Below are positions 32,032 through 42,671 of a stretch of 64,000 nucleotides of DNA, piece by piece (the stretch's first letter is position 1; the number at the start of each line of letters is the position of its first letter). The DNA is from an uncultured Ruficoccus sp. (GTDB taxonomy: Bacteria; Verrucomicrobiota; Verrucomicrobiia; Opitutales; Cerasicoccaceae). The stretch covers positions 3,591 to 67,590 of the forward strand of contig OZ223473.1 of NCBI GenBank assembly GCA_965140785.1, read 5' to 3'. The notes beneath the pieces were generated by a model that ran no database searches, was not told the DNA's origin, and was given only the letters and a program-made list of their open reading frames with translations. Both the position numbers and the translations under genes were made by a program.

Positions 32032-32253
32032 ATGTCTAAAGAAAACGTTGAAAAACTCCTGATGGACGGTTGGACCGACAAAAAGTTGCGCGCCAAGTAC
32101 AACGTCATCGAAACCAAAGAAGACTTCGTCGCCTCGGCCAATGCCGATGGCTACGCCTTTACCCAGGAGGAGCTCGACGCGGTGCTCAAAGAGGAGGAGC
32201 TGGACTTCGAGTCCTCGGGCAACCCCCGCTCCCGCGCCATCTGGCTGCACTAG
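32032..32253 (+). CDS. Nif11-like leader peptide family protein
   Basis: MSKENVEKLL...LRAKY...TKEDFVASANADGYAFTQEEL follows the Nif11 pattern. Confidence 0.8.
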   Translation: MSKENVEKLLMDGWTDKKLRAKYNVIETKEDFVASANADGYAFTQEELDAVLKEEELDFESSGNPRSRAIWLH

Positions 32254-32293
32254 GCGGATTACATCCGCAGGCATTGAGGGGCAAGCCCCTACG
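32250..32293. repeat. REP-like doublet overlapping a stop codon
   Basis: CTAG-GCGGAT-TAC-ATCCGC, spacer CATTGA, then GGGGC-AA-GCCCC-TAC (inverted GTAG-REP). Flanks are shared with 63798-63823. Confidence 0.7.
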
Positions 32294-32328
32294 GCTACCC
32301 TTTCATTCGTCAACGGGTGTGACCCGCA

Positions 32329-32655
32329 TCACTCCAGTAGTCGGCGCAGGAGTTGCTTTTCCTCCGGGCTGCGGTGACGGATGAGTTCGCCCATCTGGGC
32401 CAGGAACTCGTCCGGCTCGTAATTGGCGGTGCGCAACAGGTACAGGAGCACGCCGTCGCGGTGGATGAGGTAGCGGTGGCGCTTTTCGTGGCGCAGCCCG
32501 GCTCGGCCGTTGGCAGTGTGGCCGAGGATTTTCTGGTTCAGGAAGCAGTCGCGCACGAACTGGTCGGTCTTACCGATGACGGCGGCAACCTCCTTCGGGC
32601 TGAACCAGGTCTGGTCCGGCGGCAGCAGCCGCTCAAAGTGGGAGTTCAGTTTCAC
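32329..32655 (-). CDS. Excisionase-like helix-turn-helix DNA-binding protein
   Basis: WFSPKEVAAVIGKTDQFVRD resembles HTH_17/Xis; 108 aa. Confidence 0.6.
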   Translation of the reverse strand: MKLNSHFERLLPPDQTWFSPKEVAAVIGKTDQFVRDCFLNQKILGHTANGRAGLRHEKRHRYLIHRDGVLLYLLRTANYEPDEFLAQMGELIRHRSPEEKQLLRRLLE

Positions 32656-32670
32656 GGTCGGTGCTTCCGG

Positions 32671-33006
32671 TCAGAGGCTGCGCGAGAATTTGTTCAGGGG
32701 CCGGCGCTTGCGGCGGGCATCGCGGTAGCCACGCTGGTAGGCGTCACGCCGGGCCTGCTCAACAGCATCGCCAATGCGTTCGCGGATACGCTCGGCCATC
32801 ATCTCGGCGTGGAAGACATCGCAGCAAAAGACTTTGGCGTAGGCCTGCCAGGTCTTGCCGCTGCGCAGGGGCAGCCCGGTGTCGATAACGATCTCGGCGG
32901 CGCGCCCGTCGGGCTGCACGCGCAGGAGGAACTTCTGCTCCTCGGGCGACCCGGCAAGGTTGGCAGGAGTGGTGGAAACACGTGGAAAATAATGCGTGGT
33001 GGTCAT
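32671..33006 (-). CDS. Hypothetical protein, phage-like
   Basis: Co-oriented in a tight operon; helical C-terminus ARRDAYQRGYRDARRK; no function recognised. Confidence 0.55.
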   Translation of the reverse strand: MTTTHYFPRVSTTPANLAGSPEEQKFLLRVQPDGRAAEIVIDTGLPLRSGKTWQAYAKVFCCDVFHAEMMAERIRERIGDAVEQARRDAYQRGYRDARRKRRPLNKFSRSL

Positions 33007-33055
33007 GATAAGAATCGGTATGTGGTGGATGGATGGCGGGAGGCGGAACGGGTTT

Positions 33056-33253
33056 TCAGCGGTTGGCAGCGGGTGCCGTGTCCGGCGTTGAGGCGTCGAG
33101 GTAGCCCTCGCTGTGCAGGTGTTTTTTCAGGGCGCAGGCGACGAGACTGGAGACCGAACGGTTGTCGTCGAAGGCCGCCTGCCGGGCGACCTCACGTAAC
33201 TGCGGCGGCAGGCTGACTGAGACATTGACAGTGGTGGTGTTTTTCATTTTCAT
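33056..33253 (-). CDS. Ribbon-helix-helix (Arc/CopG-like) regulator
   Basis: VNVSVSLPPQLREVARQAA-FDD-NRSVSSLVACALKKHL: alternating beta strand followed by two helices. Confidence 0.75.
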   Translation of the reverse strand: MKMKNTTTVNVSVSLPPQLREVARQAAFDDNRSVSSLVACALKKHLHSEGYLDASTPDTAPAANR

Positions 33254-33369
33254 AGTGAACACATGATCACCTCAAAACCTGTCCGTCACAAGATATTTTT
33301 CTAGAATTTATTATTTTACTATTATTTACTATTCCCTTCCTTCCATCAACCACTTACCCTCCTTCCACC

Positions 33370-33996
33370 ATGTCAGACGATCAAAGACACAAAACCGTGG
33401 GCGTGAGCTTTCCGCCAGAACTGCGCCAACGTGCCGCTGAGCGGGCCCGCGGCCTGGGCCTGTCCTTCTCCAAGTATGTCACGCTCTGCGTTGAGGCCGA
33501 GGTGGGCGGCAAGCCGCCGCAACTGGTGATGGAAAACCTGCTCCCGACTGGGACCGCCCCACTGAACCTGGAAGCGGCAGTGGAAGAAGGCTCCGACTAC
33601 GGCGCGATGAAGGCCGCCTCGATCGGCTTCGAGGACGACGTGGAGGAGATCCTCAATCAGGAGGATATCTGCTACAACCGTTTCGCTCAGGTCGCACACC
33701 TGCGAACGGATTTTCTCATCCAGCACGTGGACCCCTCCTCCGGAAAAACCCTCCGCATCGCGCTGGAGTGTAAGTATAACGTACGCAACCGCGCCACTGT
33801 CACCCTCGGCCAGTGCATTATCCTCAAAAGCCTGCCCGGCGTGGATGCGGTCATGCTCTGTGTCCCCTACCTCAAGCACTTCGACCCGCATCTGCGCGAG
33901 ACCTTCGCCCAGCAGGACATTCCGGTGGTGACGCCGGACACCCTCAGTCCCGGCCTGGAGGCGCTTTTGGCCGAGCGGGCGGAGGCCGAAGCCTGA
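33370..33996 (+). CDS. RHH domain fused to a PD-(D/E)XK nuclease-like domain
   Basis: KTVGVSFPPELRQRAAERARGLGLSFSKYV (RHH), then FEDDVEEIL, RTDFLI, IALECKY, TLGQC (motifs I-IV). Confidence 0.7.
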   Translation: MSDDQRHKTVGVSFPPELRQRAAERARGLGLSFSKYVTLCVEAEVGGKPPQLVMENLLPTGTAPLNLEAAVEEGSDYGAMKAASIGFEDDVEEILNQEDICYNRFAQVAHLRTDFLIQHVDPSSGKTLRIALECKYNVRNRATVTLGQCIILKSLPGVDAVMLCVPYLKHFDPHLRETFAQQDIPVVTPDTLSPGLEALLAERAEAEA

Positions 33997-34046
33997 CGGT
34001 CATGCCACGCGCTGGAGCCACTTTCGAATGAAAGCGGAAAGCCCCT

Positions 34047-34484
34047 TTACTGACCACCGCTGGTCGTGCCCTGCGCATAAAAGAGGAAGAACAACGGGAT
34101 GGCGATAATCAACACGAGCACCAGGCTGAACGCGGTAACGATGAGGTTGACCAGCAGGCCCTTGACAAAGCCGATGGGCTCATGGCGGCGGGTGAACCAG
34201 ATGCCGAACAGGTACGAGTTCAACAGCAGCCACAGGAGAATGCCGGTCGGGGTGGTTGCATAGACCAGAACCGGTTTCAGTTGGACCAACTGACCGAGCA
34301 GAATGTTGATCGCGAACCCGATCAGCGTGACCTTGAATACGATTCCATAGGCCTTGCCATAGCCGGTCATATGCCGGGTCACGATTTTCATCGCCCATTG
34401 GGCAAAAACAGCCGTGATCAAGCACAGGAACGCGCACATCCCGACTCCGATCAACAGAGCAAAAATTAATCCTATAGCTTCCAT
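34047..34484 (-). CDS. Hypothetical 4-TM membrane protein
   Basis: Four hydrophobic segments; lower GC; no family recognised. Confidence 0.6.
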   Translation of the reverse strand: MEAIGLIFALLIGVGMCAFLCLITAVFAQWAMKIVTRHMTGYGKAYGIVFKVTLIGFAINILLGQLVQLKPVLVYATTPTGILLWLLLNSYLFGIWFTRRHEPIGFVKGLLVNLIVTAFSLVLVLIIAIPLFFLFYAQGTTSGGQ

Positions 34485-34710
34485 AAATTAGACGGCTCTA
34501 TAGCAACAACAGGTGAATTCCTTATTATCAAGTCATTTATAGCACCAGTTTTTTTCGGTCTCGTTACTTTTCAGAGACGGGCGTCGTTACAAACAAACGG
34601 CCAACCGGGACTGGTCTGCTTGAGGACTGCTCGCTACGCCTTCGGAAAAGCCTACCGGTTAAAATAAAAATTGCACCCCGCGGGCTCATCGTTGTTCCTT
34701 GTCGGCACGT

Positions 34711-36154
34711 ATGCCGGTCAAGATCCACGACACACTCAGTAAGACCAAGCAGCCGTTGGCCCCCGCCGACGGCGAGACCTTCCGCTTCTACTGCTGCGGG
34801 CCCACCGTTTACGGGCCCGCCCACATCGGCAACTTCCGCACCTTCCTCGTGCAGGACGTGCTGCGCCGCACTCTGGAGGTGGACGGCCTGACACTGCGCC
34901 ACGTGCGCAACATCACCGACGTGGACGACAAGACCATCCGTCAGAGCCAGGCCGAAGACCGCACGCTGGCCGAGTTCACCGCGCACTGGACGGACAAGTT
35001 TCACGCCGACTGCGCCGCGCTCAACCTCCTGCCCCCGCACGAGGAGCCCCGCGCCACCGCCCACATCGCCGAGCAGGTATCGATGATCGAAAAACTCATC
35101 GCCGGCGGCCATGCCTACGCCGCCGCGGACGGCTCGGTTTATTTCAAAGTCGCCTCCTGCGAGCACTACGGCGAGCTTTCCGGGCTCGACCGCAACGCCC
35201 TGCGCACGCAGAACGTCAACAGCGCGGGCGAAGCCAATGACGCCGACGAATACGACCGCGAGAGCGTGACCGACTTCGCCCTGTGGAAGGCCCGCAAGCC
35301 CGACGACGGCGAAAACTTCTGGAAAAGCCCCTGGGGCGAAGGCCGCCCCGGCTGGCACATCGAGTGCTCGGCCATGAGCGTCAAATACCTCGGTGAGGGC
35401 TTCGACCTGCACGGCGGCGGCATAGACCTGTGCTTCCCGCACCATGAGAACGAGATCGCCCAGAGCGAGTGCGCAACCGGCTCGCGGCCCTTTGCCCGGC
35501 TGTGGTTCCACAGCGCCCACCTCATGGTCGAGGGCAGCAAGATGTCCAAAAGTTTAGGCAACCTCTACACCCTGGAGGACCTGCTGCAAAAGGGCTTCCG
35601 CCCCATGGACATCCGCTACGCCCTCATCAGCGGCCACTACCGCCAACAGCTCAACTTCACCCTCAACGGCCTGAAAGCCGCCCGCTCCGCCCTGGAAAAG
35701 ATGGAGAAAACCCTCCGCCCAATCCTCCAGCGCCTGGGACTCTCCGAGGAAGACTTCCGCCACTGGATCAAGCCCTGCCCGCTGGTCACCACGGGCATGT
35801 TCGCCCCGCGCTTGGGAAAAGCTCTCCGACGACCTAAACGTACCCGCCGCCCTCGGGGAAATTTTCTCCGTGCTGGGCGACCTGGCCAACCCGACGCTTC
35901 ATGACTCCGCCGTGGCTGGCCAGGTGGAGGCCTTCGGCGCCCTGCTCTACGCGCTCGGGCTCGATCTGTTCACCGCGCAGGATCAGTCGGCAGCCGCGGA
36001 CATCCCCGAGGCCATCCGCGCCCTGGCCGAGGAACGTTGGTCCGCCAAGCAGGCCCGCGACTGGGCCAATGCCGACCGCCTCCGCGACGAACTCCTCGGA
36101 CAAGGCTGGAAAATCCTCGACCACAAAGACGGCTACGACCTGGAAAAAGCGTGA
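34711..36154 (+). CDS. cysS: Cysteine--tRNA ligase (apparent +1 frameshift near 35803-35807)
   Basis: [39 protein letters not shown]. The tail joins as [15 protein letters not shown]...ADRLRDEL. Confidence 0.96.
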
Positions 36155-36237
36155 GGCAGCACAGCCTTTTCACGGCGATCCAGCACAAGCGCCCGTCTGG
36201 ATTGACAAGATCATATTAGTATTTTAACTCGTGTTGT

Positions 36238-36798
36238 GTGAAAAAACTGATACTAGCCGCGCTACTCACGCTTTCATTCACCGGGACCAGCCATGCGCTG
36301 CTCCAGATCACCCTCTCTACCGCCGATCAAACCCTGACCGTCACGGGGGCCGATGACGGCGGGGCCAACTTCAACATCGACCAACTGAAGTTTGTCGCCA
36401 GTTGGGCCTATTCGGACGGCTCGGCCCACACCAGCTACGGGTCCGTCGCAATGGCCAACTACTTTCCCTTGAACGGTGGCTCCGGCACCACAGCCAGCGG
36501 CTATCTGCGCGTTTACAATGACGGCCTGGTCTTCGACATTGAAAGCGGGAATAGCTTTGGGTTCATCGAGGGCGGCTTTAGCTCGATCAGCTATGCCGGT
36601 TTGAGCGAGCTTGGTCGGTCCAAACTCGAAAGCTTCGTCGGCGTCACCCTGACCCTCGCCGAAGGCAGCGACTATAATCCCGTCAGTGTTACCGCTGTCC
36701 CCGAGCCTGCCATCTACGCTGCCGTGACGGGCCTGACAGTACTGTGTCTCATCTTCCTGCGCGCCGTCGCAAGTAGGCCATCGCATACATTCGCCTGA
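36238..36798 (+). CDS. PEP-CTERM protein (paralog of 38641-39204)
   Basis: Signal peptide; VPEPAIYAAVTGLTVL anchor. Confidence 0.85.
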   Translation: MKKLILAALLTLSFTGTSHALLQITLSTADQTLTVTGADDGGANFNIDQLKFVASWAYSDGSAHTSYGSVAMANYFPLNGGSGTTASGYLRVYNDGLVFDIESGNSFGFIEGGFSSISYAGLSELGRSKLESFVGVTLTLAEGSDYNPVSVTAVPEPAIYAAVTGLTVLCLIFLRAVASRPSHTFA

Positions 36799-36807
36799 GT
36801 ATTCCCC

Positions 36808-36835
36808 AAACGGCACTCTGCGGTGCCGTTTTTTT
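36808..36835 (+). terminator. Rho-independent terminator
   Basis: AAACGGCAC/GTGCCGTTT stem followed by a T tract. Confidence 0.8.
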
Positions 36836-36937
36836 GTGTCCCGAGTCCACAAGCTTGCTGGCGGCTGCGCCGGGCCGCCTGAGGCACTTGTGGATCGGAG
36901 AAGTTCCGCTTGCTTTTTTGGTAATTTGAGAGATGAT

Positions 36938-37092
36938 TATCCGCAGCCGAATCAGGGGGCCAGACCCTCTGAACGGGGGACCCACACTGTCCGGGCAACC
37001 GGACCGGGGCTAATTCATTCAGCGCGAGCTGAGTGGAGGGCGACTCTTCCTGCCCAGCCCGTCAGCTAACCTCGGAGGCTTGGGAGAGAGAA
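36938..37092 (+). promoter_or_regulatory. c-di-AMP riboswitch (ydaO/yuaA class)
   Basis: Consensus blocks in the expected order: GCCGAATC, ACGGGGGACCCA, GGGGCTAAT, AGGGCGACTCTT, CCCGTCAGCTAACCTCGGAGGC, GGGAGAGAG. GNRA-capped inserted stems; directly upstream of a K+ transporter gene. Confidence 0.88.
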
Positions 37093-37168
37093 TCGGTCGG
37101 CATGATCGAGACTCTCGTCATGCATCATACACGCGGACTCCGCTCCGCGACCTAACCTAACGACCGAT

Positions 37169-38515
37169 ATGCGTTTAATCACCGCTTTGCGCGAGCTGGC
37201 GCAGTTTGCCCTGTTTCGGGTGCGCAGCCTGGAGTCAGGCCGTATGCTGATTCTAGGCTACTCCAGCTACATCCTGATCGGGATGCTCATCCTGGCCCTG
37301 CCGCTGTGCCGGGTTCATCAGGCCGGCAACTGGCTCGACTGGCTTTTTGTCTCCGCCTCCGCCGTCTCCACCACCGGGCTCTCCACCCTGAGTACCGGCG
37401 GGGACTTTACCATCTGGGGGCAGTTCACGATCCTGGTCATGATCCAACTCGGGGGCCTCGGCTACATGACGACGGGGAGCTTCGTCCTGCTCTCGGTCTC
37501 CGGCAAGATCGACCCCAGCCGAGAAAGGACCCAGCGCCTGGTCCTGAATCTGCCGGAGAAGATAAACCTCAGCTCGATCGTCCGGCTGATCATGATCTAC
37601 ACCTTTATGGTGGAGGCGGCGGGCGCCCTGCTGCTGTGGCATTTTTTCCAGGAGGCGGGCGTACCGAACCCGCTGTGGAGCGCGATTTTCCACAGCATCT
37701 CCGCCTTTTGCACAGCGGGGTTCAGTCTGTACGACGACAGCCTGTCCGCCTTCGCGGGCAACCTCCCTGTCAACGCGATCATCTGCCTGCTGAGCCTGCT
37801 GGGCGCGATGGGCTTCCTCATCGTCCACGACGTCTGGAAATCCCTCACCTCCCTAAAAGTCCATGTCACCCTGACCACCCGGGTCATCCTGGCCAGCACC
37901 TTTGTGCTGATCTGTGCCAGCTGTCTGCTCGTGCGGATCGAGGAGCCGCTGTTCTTCAACGGCGAGGGCTGGTTGACCGCCTTTTTCCAGGTGACCTCGG
38001 CCAGCACGACAGTCGGCTTCAACACCGTGCCGATCAGCCAGCTCTCGAACGCGTCCCTGCTCGTCCTCGTCATTCTCATGCTCGTCGGCGCCTCCCCCGC
38101 CGGAACCGGCGGCGGCATCAAGACCACGACCGTGACCGCCCTGTGGGCCGTCATGGCCTCCGTGCTCCGGCGCTCGCACACCCCCACCTTCGCCGGCAGG
38201 CTCATTCCGGAGGCGCGCCGCCGGATCGCGGTCGCCACCGCGTTCTTTTACATCCTCATGCTCTGCGCCGGACTTTACCTGCTGTGCGTGTTTCAGACCG
38301 GCTCTTTCACGGACATCCTGTTCGAGTGCGTGTCCGCCCTGGGCACAGTCGGGCTCAGTACTGGCCTGACCGGAGAGCTGAACGGGATGGGCAAGCTCAT
38401 TGTCACCGCGCTCATGTTCATGGGGCGCGTCGGCCCGCTCTTGCTGGCCTCGTCGCTTTTCTTCACCCCGGCCTCCACCCCGACCTCGCTGAAGGAGGAA
38501 GACGTGGTCGTGTGA
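37169..38515 (+). CDS. KtrB/TrkH-family potassium uptake membrane protein
   Basis: Four pore motifs: SAVSTTGL, SAFCTAGF, STTVGF, SALGTVGLSTG; also GASPAGTGGGIKTTT and MFMGRVGPL. Confidence 0.93.
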   Translation: MRLITALRELAQFALFRVRSLESGRMLILGYSSYILIGMLILALPLCRVHQAGNWLDWLFVSASAVSTTGLSTLSTGGDFTIWGQFTILVMIQLGGLGYMTTGSFVLLSVSGKIDPSRERTQRLVLNLPEKINLSSIVRLIMIYTFMVEAAGALLLWHFFQEAGVPNPLWSAIFHSISAFCTAGFSLYDDSLSAFAGNLPVNAIICLLSLLGAMGFLIVHDVWKSLTSLKVHVTLTTRVILASTFVLICASCLLVRIEEPLFFNGEGWLTAFFQVTSASTTVGFNTVPISQLSNASLLVLVILMLVGASPAGTGGGIKTTTVTALWAVMASVLRRSHTPTFAGRLIPEARRRIAVATAFFYILMLCAGLYLLCVFQTGSFTDILFECVSALGTVGLSTGLTGELNGMGKLIVTALMFMGRVGPLLLASSLFFTPASTPTSLKEEDVVV

Positions 38516-38640
38516 AGCCGGGGCAAAAGCCCTTTCACCGGCTTACGCTGGTCCTTCGTCCATGAATGCAGCAGAGCTGGGGCAAGTTGACCGCACGGCG
38601 CCTTACCCATGCCGGGCGAGCCGCCCGTGGGCCGCTCCAC

Positions 38641-39204
38641 TCACAGCTTCGGGCGGCGGGACCTGCGTACGCAGAGGTAACCCAACACCCCCGCCCCCGC
38701 AAGCACGGCATAGACCGAGGGTTCGGGAACCAAAGCGCTTACCACCGCCACATTACTGTATCCGGTGCCCGCATCCAGCTCCAGTGAATCACCAACAAGG
38801 CTTTCCAGGTATTGCAGCGAAACCTCATCGAGACCGGCATAACTGGTGCCTGCGGTTTCGACACTATCAATGTCCGAGTAACTGTCTGCATCCGCCACCC
38901 CCAGATACAAGACCCGGCTTTGCGGGTCGGAATCATCCGAGTAAAAGTACAGAATGGCCTCGTGAGGCGTGCTGTCTAAGGACACGGTGTCGGCTATCGA
39001 CAAGGTTGCTTCGAGTGTTGGGCTCGGGGGAACCTCTGCCGAGGCCCAGTAAACAAGATAGAAACTGTCGTGGTAGGGCGTGCCGGTGTCGTCGCCCTCC
39101 AACCAGAGCAACTGGCTGCCTTCATCGATAACCAAGGTGAGCGCTGCTTGGCAGACCGGAGCCAAGATTAACGACAAGAGCGAGCAGTAGAATGATGCCC
39201 TCAT
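38641..39204 (-). CDS. PEP-CTERM protein (paralog of 36238-36798)
   Basis: Signal peptide; VPEPSVYAVLAGAGVL...RRSRR anchor. Confidence 0.85.
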   Translation of the reverse strand: MRASFYCSLLSLILAPVCQAALTLVIDEGSQLLWLEGDDTGTPYHDSFYLVYWASAEVPPSPTLEATLSIADTVSLDSTPHEAILYFYSDDSDPQSRVLYLGVADADSYSDIDSVETAGTSYAGLDEVSLQYLESLVGDSLELDAGTGYSNVAVVSALVPEPSVYAVLAGAGVLGYLCVRRSRRPKL

Positions 39205-39482
39205 AGAGGCATAATATTAAAACCAATAGTTTAACCGTCAAATAAACATGACGTAACCGAAATGATATAAGATGATTATATATTGTGATTTTATTTGATA
39301 ACAGACACTATCCATCCGCTTATTGGCAAAGATTGGCGTCGTCCCCTCACCTATCGCAGCCAAGCATAGACAAACCCACTCACGCTCCACCGCATGTTTC
39401 CTTTGACACTTTCGGGAAAAACGGCACGATGGGCGGTTTTTCGGGGTCGGCATTTCCGCCACCCGAAGCCCCTCCTTTTCCC

Positions 39483-41312
<1,830 letters not shown>

Positions 41313-41359
41313 ACAATTGGTTTCATAGCTTTTGCAACTCTGACTGAGTTGCAAACATC

Positions 41360-41392
41360 AGCCCCGGGTCGTTAAGCGCCCCGGGGCTTTTT
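41360..41392 (+). terminator. Rho-independent terminator
   Basis: AGCCCCGGG/CCCGGGGCT stem followed by a T tract, after thrS. Confidence 0.75.
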
Positions 41393-41419
41393 CGATCAAC
41401 ATTTCTGATACATTCGCTT

Positions 41420-42580
41420 TTAAGCGTTTCGCTTCCGCCGGATTACAATCACCCCCAGCACAAGCAGCCCACCCCATAGCGCCACTTCGCCCGGCTCGGG
41501 GACGGGAGTGGGCTCGATGACGCGCATAGCGTGGCTGAAGTTTTTATAAAACCAGTTGTCCTCGGTGAAAGGCAGGATTTCGACGCCGGGGGGCGGTAAG
41601 TCGCCGTCGAGGTCGAAGATAGCAGTGGAGTTGTCGTGGCTGCTGATGACGAGCGGAACGTCCGAGGCGGTGCCGTCCTCAAGGGTGCCGTAGGCGCCGA
41701 GCCAGATAACGACATGGGCGATATCGGTCGGATCATTGGCCGACCCGGTGATATAGAGCAGGTCGCCGGGCTGAAACTGCGCGATAATCTTCTCCAGCGA
41801 GCCGGGGGTGTTGGTGGCGCCACTGGCGTAGTTGGGACCGTTGAGAAAGCCCGGCGTGATGTATTCGCCGTCAGGGGCAATGATGGGATTGGCCGTGAGC
41901 GAGCCCACCACCTCCTGCCCCTGAATGCTGGTCGCGCTGTGCATTTGAATCCCCAGGCCCACATTGTAGATGTAGGCAGCCAGGTTCGAGCAGTCGATGC
42001 CTGCGGTCCCCATGCCGTATGTGTTTTTCCACGGATTGGTGATCACGTCTCCGGCGCTCGTCTTGAGCGTGTTCTGGTTACTGACCTCAGTCCAATCCCA
42101 GTAATTAGGGGCGTTCGAGTCGGAGGAAAAGCCGTTGGCGTAGGGGTTCCAGTCGGGATTGTGATGATGCTGGTAGGGCGTGCCGATCAGGCCTTTGGCC
42201 ACACTGAGCACGCGCTGCCACCGATAGACGGTCGCATTGACGCCCGGCGGTGGCGCAGGGATGGCCCCGCCGTTAACCACTTGGCGTGTCGAAACACCCA
42301 GGGTATGCGCCGGGGAGTCCGTGTTGTAGAGCTGCGGCACCGTCACTCCCCAGGCGTGGCCGATCCCGCTGGTCCAGGCCGGGTCTGAGTAGTTGTACCA
42401 GTCTGCCAAAGCAGGCGTGGAGTACTCGTTGACCGTATCGATGCGGCCCGGAATATCCGCCGTCCAGGCGGAGATACTGGGATCGAGCGTGATGGTGTAC
42501 GGTGACTCGTAGCTCTGACCGCGAACCACAGCCGGGCTGAAAGCGGAGAGAAACAAAAGGATAACCGTAACACAACGCAT
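41420..42580 (-). CDS. NlpC/P60-family peptidase with PEP-CTERM anchor
   Basis: GTPYQ, GIDCSNL, QPGDLLY, HVVIWLG; C-terminal VPEPGEVALWGGLLVL...RRKR. Confidence 0.85.
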   Translation of the reverse strand: MRCVTVILLFLSAFSPAVVRGQSYESPYTITLDPSISAWTADIPGRIDTVNEYSTPALADWYNYSDPAWTSGIGHAWGVTVPQLYNTDSPAHTLGVSTRQVVNGGAIPAPPPGVNATVYRWQRVLSVAKGLIGTPYQHHHNPDWNPYANGFSSDSNAPNYWDWTEVSNQNTLKTSAGDVITNPWKNTYGMGTAGIDCSNLAAYIYNVGLGIQMHSATSIQGQEVVGSLTANPIIAPDGEYITPGFLNGPNYASGATNTPGSLEKIIAQFQPGDLLYITGSANDPTDIAHVVIWLGAYGTLEDGTASDVPLVISSHDNSTAIFDLDGDLPPPGVEILPFTEDNWFYKNFSHAMRVIEPTPVPEPGEVALWGGLLVLGVIVIRRKRNA

Positions 42581-42671
42581 GTTTGATAAATAAGTAATGT
42601 TTAATTACTCGTCAAGCTGCGCTTAGCGGGTGGGCTTGACACCGGTCCGGTTTCGCCTTCCCTAGCGAGGC

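Noticed and set aside
32300-34034. 10-bp inverted match (CTTTCATTCG / CGAATGAAAG) near the ends of the RHH module as terminal repeats
   Set aside because: Too short, no target-site duplication, and the right copy is part of a local hairpin.
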